A DNA stretch of 64,000 nucleotides. Origin: an uncultured delta proteobacterium (GTDB lineage: Bacteria > Desulfobacterota > Desulfobacteria > Desulfobacterales > B30-G6). This document shows, piece by piece, positions 30,074 to 40,400 of the stretch. Within the stretch, counting starts at the first letter, position 1. Each line of letters begins with the position of its first letter. The DNA lies in the NCBI GenBank assembly GCA_963823335.1, contig CAWGLD010000001.1:128001-192000 (forward strand). The letters run 5' to 3'. The notes under the pieces are model-generated. The model worked only from the letters and a program-made list of their open reading frames with translations. It was not told the origin of the DNA and did not search any database. The position numbers and the translations under genes were made by a program.

Positions 30074-32344
30074 TTATTGGGATACCGGAAACGACACAAT
30101 AAAGCAGGCGCCCTGGTCCTTGTTCGGCAAGGCCTTGATCATACCCCCGCAGTCTTTGACAATGCCGTAGCTGATCGAGAGACCTAAGCCGGTACCCGCA
30201 CCCACTTCCTTGGTGGTGAAAAAAGGTTCGAAAATCTTGTCCGCAACATGTTTTGGAATGCCGACACCGGTATCGCAGACCTCAACGATGACCCGGTCTT
30301 CGTCTTTGTAGGTTCGGAGTGTAATCCGTTCTTCATGACCGGCCCGGCTTGTAGTAGACATTTTCTCCTCGATGGCGTCCCTGGCATTGAGTAGAAGATT
30401 GATGAATACCTGTTCAAGACGACTCGGATCGGCATAGATTTTGGGCAATTCCGGGTGCAGATCCTTGATGACGGCGATGCCCCTAACTTTCAGCTGCTGG
30501 CTGAAAATTTCGAATGCATTCACGAGGACGTCGTTGATGGATATTTTCTCCATTGCCATGTCCGTTTTTCTGGCAAACTGCCGCATGTGATTGATAATCC
30601 GGGCAGCCCGGTCGACATTGCTGTCCACTTTTGTCAGCATGGTATCCAGGATCTCTTTTTTAATGGTTTCGCCGTGGTTGATCTTCCTGATGAAAAAACT
30701 ACTGGCGGTCTTGATAACGGACAGCGGTTGATTCAGTTCATGGGCAACGCCCGTTGCCATCTCGCCCAGTGTGGCCATTTTGCTGGCCTGGATTAGCTGC
30801 TGTTCCGCTTCCAGGCGTTTGGTGATGTCGCTGGTGGTGACCAGGAGGACCTCTTGTCCGGAATATTCGGAGAGGGATACGCGAATATTGACATAAAGCT
30901 CCTTGCCGGTTTTTGTCAGATGTTTAGCCTGGTTAATGATGGTATCTGTCTTTAGCCTGGCGGCGTAGGTGTCCTTTTCTTCTTTACGGAACAGGTTCAG
31001 AAAGGAACTATTGATAAGGTCACCGGTTGTAAATCCATATACCGACTCTGCACTCATGTTACAGTCCAGGATCGTGAGGGTCTGGATGTCGAGTACAAAC
31101 ACCGGATTGGGTATGTTGCTGAAGATAGCATGATATTTCTTTTCCGACCTTTCCAGATCGACTTCGAGTTGCCGCCGTTCTGAAATATCGTGAGAGATTT
31201 CCATGGCGGCAACAACATCGCCCTTATCGTTGACGATGGGTGATGTTCGTACGATCCAGTGTTTGGTGGTACCGTCTTTGTCAATGCCGGTTTCTTCCGT
31301 GGAGTAAGATTTACCATCCGCAAATGTCCATTCAACCGGACAGCGCTCACACTTTTCCGAGCGGCCTTTGTAGGCGTGGTAGCAGAAATCCCCGGGAACG
31401 GGGTCGAAACGATTCGAAAACTCTTTATTATAACGTAGCAGCTTGAAATTTCGATTCTGTACGGTAATGAGGCAGGGTACCTGTTCAAACAGCTGCATAT
31501 ATTCATCCCGCTGCTTGTTGAGGGCTGTTTCATGTTCGGCGATTTCGGATCCCATTTTATCGATGGCATCCCCTAACTGACCCATTTCATCCTTCTGTGA
31601 AAGCTCGGATTTGCTGTCATAGTCGCCTTTTGCAATGTCCTGGGTTCGGGCGATGAGTTTTTTAACGGGACGGTTGATAAACCTTAGCACGAAAAAAAAG
31701 ATGATCGTGGAAGTGAGCAGAAAAACAGATATCGACATAAAGATGATGCCGCGCTGAAGGTGGTACAAGGACGCATCTGTTTCTTCCAGAGAGACCACCA
31801 GATCCAGGGCTCCGAGAATTTTCTTGTCCCGGGGGTGGACGTGACAATCATCCGTGGAACAGCCTGGTTCGTTGCGGATAGGGCTAATGATGCCGAGGAG
31901 TCGATATCCCTTGGTATCGTTGAAGATACGCGTTCTTTCATGAAGAGCGATTTCGGAAAGGGGTGGCTCTGATCGATGGCAGATGTCGCAGGCTTCGGCC
32001 TTGATGTTCGTGGATAGATCGACTTCAGATGGTCGGTTCGAATATTTGATCTCCCCTGCCTTATTGTATATTCGGATGTTCTCTATTTCGGGAAGCCGTC
32101 CGATGTTCATGATGATCTGGTTGATGTCGTCCCTGGAATTGAGCATCATGGCGTAATGTGTTCCTAGCTGGATTGTCGTGGTCAACCGGTCGGTTGTATC
32201 GACAATGTTCTGCATGGCTTTTTCTTTCTGATAGGCTGTATTGAAATATGCCCAGATCGAGACAGACAGGATAAAGATCAGACCAACCGTCAGGATGAGT
32301 TTGAAAATGAGTCTGTCGCGGATTGTTTTTATCCAGTTGATCAT
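30074..32344 (-). CDS. Membrane sensor histidine kinase (periplasmic CxxCH, HAMP, 2 PAS)
   Basis: Two TM segments, CDICH, HAMP DEMGQL, AHELNQPL, NLLLNARDA, FEPFFTTK. Confidence 0.9.
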   Translation of the reverse strand: MINWIKTIRDRLIFKLILTVGLIFILSVSIWAYFNTAYQKEKAMQNIVDTTDRLTTTIQLGTHYAMMLNSRDDINQIIMNIGRLPEIENIRIYNKAGEIKYSNRPSEVDLSTNIKAEACDICHRSEPPLSEIALHERTRIFNDTKGYRLLGIISPIRNEPGCSTDDCHVHPRDKKILGALDLVVSLEETDASLYHLQRGIIFMSISVFLLTSTIIFFFVLRFINRPVKKLIARTQDIAKGDYDSKSELSQKDEMGQLGDAIDKMGSEIAEHETALNKQRDEYMQLFEQVPCLITVQNRNFKLLRYNKEFSNRFDPVPGDFCYHAYKGRSEKCERCPVEWTFADGKSYSTEETGIDKDGTTKHWIVRTSPIVNDKGDVVAAMEISHDISERRQLEVDLERSEKKYHAIFSNIPNPVFVLDIQTLTILDCNMSAESVYGFTTGDLINSSFLNLFRKEEKDTYAARLKTDTIINQAKHLTKTGKELYVNIRVSLSEYSGQEVLLVTTSDITKRLEAEQQLIQASKMATLGEMATGVAHELNQPLSVIKTASSFFIRKINHGETIKKEILDTMLTKVDSNVDRAARIINHMRQFARKTDMAMEKISINDVLVNAFEIFSQQLKVRGIAVIKDLHPELPKIYADPSRLEQVFINLLLNARDAIEEKMSTTSRAGHEERITLRTYKDEDRVIVEVCDTGVGIPKHVADKIFEPFFTTKEVGAGTGLGLSISYGIVKDCGGMIKALPNKDQGACFIVSFPVSQ

Positions 32345-32672
32345 GAGGGGACTCTCTTTAAGCTTTTTTTCAGGCGACAGCCCGATTTGTTTTATCTCGA
32401 AACGTATCCGTTATCGCGAGGTTCAATTTGAGGCCCAGATCTTCGCCCGGTACCCCGAGCGCCATTCCCAGGAGCTGTGGCAGATAGGGTGTTAAGTTTC
32501 ATTGCCAGATTGGTATCCGATGTCCGGAATAAAATCGAATGCGTATTAAAACTATTATTTACAAAAATGCACTATCCTGAAATTTTCAAAAGCGCTTAAA
32601 GAGACAGGAACTGGTGTTGATTGGGGCTCTAAAGAATTACACACATAGTGGTGGATAAAAATTACAGATACA

Positions 32673-32845
32673 TGGAGACAAGTCCAACTATCTGATAATT
32701 GATAAAAATGTCAGATACCATATGGTCATCGCCAAGGTATCACGGTAGGGCCTATCAATGCAATATTTGGTCTGTTGCGATTATAATCGCACACCGGTAT
32801 ATTTTCAACAGTCTGATATCTAACGAATTGTTGGATATTTCCAAC
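32673..32845 (+). repeat. Recombinase-flank repeat, copy Y4 (left + right halves)
   Basis: TGGAGACAAGTCCA ... GATACC-N16-GGTATC ... TGCGATTATAATCGCA ... CTGATATCTAACGAATTGTTGGA. Confidence 0.8.
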
Positions 32846-32850
32846 CTTTA

Positions 32851-33267
32851 TTAAGGTTTAATCCGAATTAATCTATGACCAAAAAGACAACGTCTTCTAT
32901 CACATAGATCCTCCTGCACAGTAAATTCAAACTTGCTTTTTTCTATTTTCTTTATGGTATACTTTCCTGTATTAGTTTTACACGCAGGACTTTCTAACGG
33001 AATAAAAGTAATATCTTCCCCCTCTAATCTAATTCGGCCTTTATCTATCGGTCTCGTTTCAATTTTTTCGACACTATAGGCGATTCTATAAGTTCCATCA
33101 TTATAAAATTTAATAAATCTAATATACATATCATTGTCTGTGTCTGGCTTCCAAATACCAATTAAATCCTGCAATTGAATATCAGTTTCCGTGCATTGCC
33201 CATCATCAAATGGTAAATTTAAAATTAATATAATTGCCATAAAGAAAACTGAGAATCTTAACTGCAT
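32851..33267 (-). CDS. Hypothetical exported protein (AT-rich cargo gene)
   Basis: AGGAGG RBS, signal peptide, LIGIWK beta-barrel-like start, Cys residues. Confidence 0.6.
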   Translation of the reverse strand: MQLRFSVFFMAIILILNLPFDDGQCTETDIQLQDLIGIWKPDTDNDMYIRFIKFYNDGTYRIAYSVEKIETRPIDKGRIRLEGEDITFIPLESPACKTNTGKYTIKKIEKSKFEFTVQEDLCDRRRCLFGHRLIRIKP

Positions 33268-33588
33268 AGCTTCCTCCTTTTTTATTGGCAAGATAGATCA
33301 AAATTAGTCTATAACCTTTGCACAAATCATTAAATGAAGAAAATATCCGTTTCTGCAACCGGAGGAATATAGAGGTTCAGCAAGAGAGGGAACTTAGGAA
33401 CAAATCATCTTTTTATGTCGTTTGAATTTTGTTTTGAGCTGAGAGCATCACAGAAAGTTGGAATAAATATCAATACAATGCACTATTAATTGATGTCAAT
33501 ATTATACATGACCCATTAGCTCAAAAGTAATACGTTGAAGGGCATCCATAGGTTGCATTGGCAGTCGTTTTGATCCAGTAGCCACTAT

Positions 33589-33842
33589 GTGATTAATGGA
33601 GAGATGTCCAGTTATCAAGCTCAACCAAATTATTGCCGATACAATCTGGATATATTAAGTCTATCGCATCATTAAACCTGGTGTCAAACTGTAGACCCTA
33701 ATAACGCTGGTTTGTGCCAATAAAAAAGGGGCAATCCATCGCTCGGATTCACCCCTCTAATTTGTGATTATTTTCGCACATCGGTGGTTTTTAAGGTGCC
33801 TGATAACCTTGTTTTTGTTGGAGATAGGGCAGGTTTTTATAA
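33589..33842 (+). repeat. Recombinase-flank repeat, copy Y5 (both integrase flanks joined, integrase ORF absent)
   Basis: Aligns to 35778-35877 and 36736-36862, including the terminator-like hairpin. Confidence 0.85.
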
Positions 33843-34033
33843 GCAAAAATGATTGCAGATATGCCTAAATCCCTTTAATGTCACAATCGTTTCGAGCCTG
33901 CAGTTTCTATTGCATCACTTCTGTCGTGATTATTATCGACTGTGTCTGAGTTATTGTCCTTGCCATCCTCATCCTTATGCATTGTTTCTTAGCCCGAAAA
34001 CATGCAATAATGGACAGAAGAAAGGACGCATTA

Positions 34034-35521
34034 TTATCCCTCTTTATCTCCGTCATAGATACCCAACTCCTCCTCTGCCTCTACGACGATGGATCGAACT
34101 TTTTTTAGAACATCAGCCGACAGTTGGGGAGGTTCATAGCTTTCCAGGATTTCGATCATCCTCTCATGGGAACGTTGGTATGCATCCTTGCTTCCGGCGG
34201 CTTCCCAGTCTTCCCGCATCCTCCGGTCGATCAATTGAGCCTGCGACTGCGATCGCATGTACTCAAAGGTAGTCTGGTGAGACAGATAATCCTTACCTAT
34301 TCCCATCTCCTTGATGACATCGATGGCAAGAGTAGTGTCGTTCACCGGAACTCCCTTCAATGAATGTAGAATCATCTCGGCAATCTCATGGTCCCACACG
34401 AGTTGAGCCAGGTCGAAAGTGATTCCCATCTCAAGCATTCCCAATCCGTAGATGACATTGGCACCTGCCAATGCGGGAAGAATGCCGGTGATGGTCTTTT
34501 CAAAACCCGCCTGGGCGTCGACCACCTTGCTGTCGCCCTATCCACCGGCCACAAAACATGGCAGGCTGTAGTAACGCGCTAGCCGCGCAACTGCTGCGCT
34601 GATCATGCCAGTTTCCGGTGATCCAACACTGGCCGTGGCCCTGCGCAGATCCAACGGGCATGTGGAACTGCCGTAAACGAACTGAGCTCCTTTGCGGGTC
34701 AATTGCTGCAGAACCAAACTGGACAAAAGTTCACAGTTTTGGATGATCAGTGTTCCGGCCAGGTGAACTGGCCCAGAGCCTGCCGACATTGCCATACCAA
34801 CTACGTTCAGCCCCATGTAACTCGTAGCGGCCTCCATGACGATGTCGCAGTGGTGTAACGGGAGTTTCAAGGGGCTGATGGGGCAAGTCGTAAATGACAG
34901 CAGCGGTCGTTTTTTTAGGCGCTCTCTGCCGCCTACGATGGCAGCGCACATCTCTGTAATTTTTTTGGCCTGGAAGCCGTCCACTGGGCACAGCCAGTGG
35001 TGCTTAGTGGTGTTCGTCAACGATGCTTCGGCATTATGGAGTGCCTGTGATTCCGGTGGTTTGTCGTGTGAACACATAGCCCGTTCATAAGTCTCGATAT
35101 TATCCAGGCTGTCAATGATCCTGGCCGCTTTTTCGATATCCGCCTTCGTGGTTTCCCGGTGTTCTCCGGTATAGGGGTCTACGAACATGATGCCTTCACC
35201 AAAATTGGTAAAGGTTACCCGATTATCTTCCAGCAGCACGTCATCCTCGGGTCTTCGGCCGCAGGCGTAATAGGTGCCGGGGGCGGAATTGATGGCATCT
35301 TCGATTACCCAGTGAGGAAACTTGACGACTTTATTTTTTCGATCGACGTCGCATCCCCCACCGTCAAATCGCTCCAGGGCCACTTCGTTTTCTACGAACA
35401 GTCCGACATCCTTCAGTATTTCCAGGGTTCCAAGATGGATTTCATGAACTTCGTCATCGGTCATGACGTTCAGGCTGAAACCTGAATTACGATTTTTTCC
35501 CGCTTTTAATCTCCGTTTCAT
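34034..35521 (-). CDS. mttB: Trimethylamine:corrinoid methyltransferase (MttB family) with in-frame UAG, putative pyrrolysine at codon 328
   Basis: Two in-frame ORFs joined by TAG at 34538-34540: LPCFVAGG*GDSKVVDAQAGFEK, matching the Pyl context of MttB. Confidence 0.88.
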
Positions 35522-35900
35522 AAAATCATAACCTCCTGTTTTTCTGTTATCGTTGGATTTGCCCGATTCCGCATGTGATGTTATCTTGCACTTACTTTTC
35601 TGGTATCAAGACTTTATTAAAAGCTATGTATAAGGAGAGACTATTGCAAAAAGGCCATTGGATGTTTGCTTTGATCTTACCGTATGAGTTAAACATGTCC
35701 AACCGTTTTTGTACACGGCTGTTGGTAAATAATGACGATAATCATCCGTCGGGGGTATCACAACATCTATCAAAGTGGTGATTGATGGAGACAAGTCCAG
35801 TTATCAAACTTGATGAAATTATTGCCGATACCTTTTGGATATCATAGAATAGCCTTGGCACTGGGCCATTGTCAAACATTTTAGCCAAAGGAGGTATGTC

Positions 35901-36738
35901 ATGAAAGTATCAAAAGCAGGAAAAATCTGGCTCGATTATCACCGAATCCATTCCAAAAAAAAATACGGTTAGGGCCCACTCTTTCGTCCTGGATAGTTTC
36001 AGAATCCAATTCGGTGATTACGAACTTGGAGATCTGTCCGTTGATAACATTCTGGATTTCATGAACCAGCTCACCGAAGGGCGTAAACCACAAACAAAAC
36101 GGGGTCGATTCACAAGCCTGTTAGCATTTCTTAATTTTTCCAAAAACAACCTCGATCCTGATTTCACCAATCCCTGCGACTCACCCATGCTGCGAAAACT
36201 GTTCCGGCCTAAGATAAAACCCCAATTTGATATTCTCGAAAAAGAAACCATGGACGAGATCATTTTTCGGACAGTTCATCCCAGAAACCGTTTGATGCTC
36301 GAACTCATGGCTCGGGGTGCCATGCGAATAGGTGAGGTGTTGAAAATTGTACCCAATGATATTTCTGAAAGGAAAATACTGTTAAGAGAGCCGAAAAGTG
36401 GCCGTGAGTGTGAAATGATATTTATTCCCCAAAAGGTGGCTGATCGCCTGAGAGAGTATGTCGAAACTCATAAAATCGGATTACAGGAAAGGATATTTCC
36501 GATTTGTTATGAGGCTGCTCGTTCGATAGTGGCAAAAGCTGGTAAGTTGGTTGGCATCCATCTCAGACCACATGATCTGCGACGCCATGCTGCAACATTT
36601 GCTTCCCGCTCAGGAGTGCCGCTTGAAATTGTGAGCAAGATTATTCTCCGGCATTCAAACTTATCGACCACCCAAATATATTTGGGCAGGATCAGCGATA
36701 CAGAGGCGTTGAAGTGGATTGAAACTATCTACAGCTAA
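35901..36738 (+). CDS. Tyrosine recombinase/integrase, N-terminus in a different frame across an A9 tract
   Basis: GGAGG RBS + ATG 35901; MRIGE, PKSG, HDLRRH, LRHS, TQIY catalytic motifs; A9 at 35955-35963 needs a +1 shift. Confidence 0.85.
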
Positions 36739-36749
36739 AAGGGGGAAAG

Positions 36750-36776
36750 GGTGGATTCCGTTGCCCGGAACCACCC
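36750..36776 (+). terminator. Hairpin downstream of the recombinase
   Basis: GGGTGGATTCCG-ttgcc-CGGAACCACCC; a related hairpin is retained at ~33728-33755. Confidence 0.5.
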
Positions 36777-36907
36777 TTCAAACTGCGATTATTTTCGCAC
36801 ATCGGTACTTTTTAAGGTACCTGATATCTACCGAATCGTTGGAGATTCCACAGGTTTTATAACGGATAGAAAACCTGAGGTACATAATAGCAGTTATCTG
36901 CAATACA

Positions 36908-37068
36908 GTAGCCTGAGGGGGATGGATGCATATTACATAAAGCCGGACGACGACGATTTGAAACAGGCAATGGAAGTCTATACCGCTTGGTTCGATGAAC
37001 AACTGGTGGCTGCGGAACAGGCAAATGAAAAACAGCAAAAAGTGAAAATTCCCCTCCAATCCTCATAA
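36908..37068 (+). pseudogene. C-terminal remnant of a second (phage-type) tyrosine integrase
   Basis: SLRGMDAYYIKPDDDDLKQAMEVYTAWFDEQL resembles a post-box II integrase tail; also present at 12491-12626 (-). Confidence 0.5.
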
Positions 37069-37472
37069 GCCATCCGCCTGCTAATGCTATCAATATCACA
37101 GGTCCTCGCGTCCTCCATAGTTTGATGTTTTTACATATCTGAAATTGGATTAGCAACTGGATGTTAAGATCATTTCGGGCAAAATATAATCCATACATCG
37201 ATACTTCGATAATGGTTGTTATACGCATGCCGCATCCCAACAAACTTGTAGATGGCGAGTATGGAACCTGTGATATCCCGAGACAACAATCTTGAAATAG
37301 CTAATCTCTTGACCCATCCTTCCAAATCAGGTACTAATTTTATAGTCGCTTAAATCACACCTGCTCTGATACTGAATGACATCATTGAACTTGACCTGAC
37401 CTGAATCTCGACCTGTCCGTATATTTCCAAGACGTATCATCTTCTTCAAACCCTAACCAGAAGGTGATCATC

Positions 37473-40400
37473 ATGCCCAACGAACAAAAAGTCACCAGAA
37501 AACTTAGAGCCATTCTTTCTGCCGATGTCAAAGGTTACAGCATCCTCATGGCGGACGATGAAGTTTCTACAGTCCAGACTTTGAAGGATTACCGGAATAT
37601 CATGTCAAATTATATCGAACAGCATGGTGGCAGGGTTGTGGATGCTGTTGGGGATAACCTGTTGGCGGAGTTTGGCAGTGTGGTGGATGCTGTTCAGTGT
37701 GCTGTTGAAATTCAAAAGAAACTAAACGAAAAGAACAAAGATATACCTGAAAATAAGAGACTTCAGTTCCGTATTGGCGTCAATATTGGTGATGTGATTC
37801 AGGATGGTGACAGAATCTTTGGTGACGGTGTCAACATCGCAGCACGGATAGAGGGGCTTGCAGATGCTGGCGGTGTTTGTATTTCTCGGAATGCCTATGA
37901 TCATATTAGGACCAAATTAGACCTGGGTTATGAGTATCTTGGTGAACACAGTGTAAAGAATATCAGCCAACCCGTCAGGGTTTACAAGGTTCTAATGTGT
38001 TACGTTGATGCTTCTGTGGCAGGAATATAAAGCCAAAATCCGGACGGCTATCAATATAGTCAGTTTTGCCATTTATATCGCCAGTGGGTCGGCCGCGTCG
38101 ATCCGGTCATGCGCCAGGTTCATCGTGCCGGCGAAAAGATGTTTGTGGATTACGCCGGTCAGACCGTTGGTGTCTATGGCCTGGCATCAAAACAAACCCG
38201 CGAAGCTCAAATCTTTATCGCCGTTCTGGGCGCTTCAAACTACACCTATGCCGAAGCTACCTGGACACAAAAATTGCCGGACTGGATCGCTTCCCACTGC
38301 CGGGCCTATGCATATATCGCCGGTGTCCCCGAAGTGACCGTTCCGGATAATTTAAAAAGCGGTGTTAAAGATCCTGTTTTTACGAACCGGACATCAATCC
38401 CACATATCTCGATATGGCCCAACACTATGGGACCGCCGTCATCCCGGCACGGGTTGCCAAACCCAAGGACAAGGCAAAGGTGGAAACCGGCGTGCTGATT
38501 GTCGAGCGATGGATCCTGGCACGGCTTCGCAACCAACAGTTTTTCAGCCTTCAGCAACTCAATGAAGCCATCAGAAACTTATTGTTGGATCTCAACAAAA
38601 AACCGTTTCAAAAATTGCCGGGATGTTGGCAATCGACGTTCTTGGCTGTTGATAAACCGGCACTCAAGTCTTTGCCGCAAACACCCTATGAGTTTGCGGA
38701 ATGGAAAAAAGCCCGGGTAAACGTCGATTACCACATTGAAGTGGATCGACATTATTACAGTGTCCCTTACAAACTGATTAAAAAACAGATTGATGTTCGC
38801 ATCACCAACAGAACCATCGAGTGTATCTATAACAACAAAAGAGTTGCCAGCCATATCCGCGACTACCGGAAAGGATGGCATACCACCGTAAAAGAGCATA
38901 TGCCTAAGTCCCATCAGAATATGGCCGATTGGACACCGGATCGTTTCATTCGCTGGTCTCAAAAAATAGGTTTGCAAACCACCCAGCTGATCATGTCGTG
39001 CTGGGATCCTGCGGACTCTGGTAAATTGATCGGTGAAGAACCGAGGCGTCCGAGAAAGAAATGGTTTTTACCTGTAGCTGTGGTTGCCGCAATCATTGTG
39101 ACATCCATAGTTTGGCATTTTTACCAAAAAGCGACAAAGCCTGATATTGAACCTGCTTCAGTGGGGGAAATGGCTTTCAGCCTACCGGACTAAGCCTTCC
39201 CTTGCCGTTCTTCCCTTTGACAATATGAGCGGTGATCCAGAGCAGGCGTACGTGAGTGATGGCATTACAGAAGCTATAATAATGTCGGTTTCAAAAATCC
39301 GTCACCTATTTGTTATCGCCAGGAACTCCACGTTTGTTTACAAAAACAAGGCCGTGAAAGTCCAGCAAGTAGCACAGGATCTTGGGGTCCAATATGTGCT
39401 TGAAGGCAGTGTCCAGCGTTCAGGCGATAGGTTACGTGTTACAGCCCAGCTTATCGATGCGTTGAATGGCCGCCATATTTGGGCTGAACAATATGATCGA
39501 GACCTGAAAGATCTCTTTGACATGCAAGATGAGATCACTATGGAGATTTTAGAAGCCATGCGGGTCAAACTCATCGAAGGGGAGCAAATATCAAAGGCCA
39601 AACGTCCCCAAAATGTTCAATCTGCTCTGAAGATTTATCAAGCTCAGGCTTACAGCCTTCGATTTACGCCGGAAGCAATGGTCACGGCAAAAAAGATAGC
39701 AGAAGAAGTGGTGGCCGTAGAACCTGAGTACGGGGAAGCTTACTATATCCTATCGACAATTCACATGATGGAGATGTGGTATGGCACGGGTAAGTCACCA
39801 AAGGATTCGCTTTTAAAAGCCACAGAGTATGCAGAGAAAGCTATTTCCCTTGATGATTCTCTTTCCCAGGCCATGGGCATTCTTGGGTATTGCTATGGAT
39901 TAAGCAGACAGTGGGACGAATCTGTTGCCGTAGCAGAGAAAGGCGTCGCAATCGATCCAAATGGAGCCGATGCTCACGCTTGGCTGGGTAATTGTCTGAA
40001 TTTTGCATATCGGTACAAGGACGCCATACCCTTTTTCGATAAAGCCATGAGACTTAATCCTTATCCGCCTCCGTGGTATTATTTTACGCTCGCCGTTTCG
40101 CATATTGGTCTGGGTCGATATGAGGAGGCTATTACCTTGCTGGAAAAGTCCTTATCTGTCTCGCCGAACAACCTTACAGCGTATTTGACTATTATACGAC
40201 CATATCTGTACACGGGCAGAGAGGATGAAGCTCGTGCAGCAGCTCAAAGAGTGTTACAGATCAATCCGAAGTTTTCAGTAGAAGATTGGGTTAGTAAAAT
40301 GCCTTACAAGGAACCGGGATATCCTGAGAAGGTGGCTGAGGCTTTGTACAAGGCGGGTATACCAGAAACACCACCACTCCCTCTACCCGATAAACCCTCA

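Noticed and set aside
34034-35521. mttB as a nonsense pseudogene or two separate genes
   Set aside because: The single TAG falls at the expected Pyl position and both halves are otherwise intact and in frame
32673-36862. Classical integron (IntI + attC)
   Set aside because: The recombinase is short and lacks the IntI-specific insertion, and the repeats lack attC R-box ends; reported instead as integron-like
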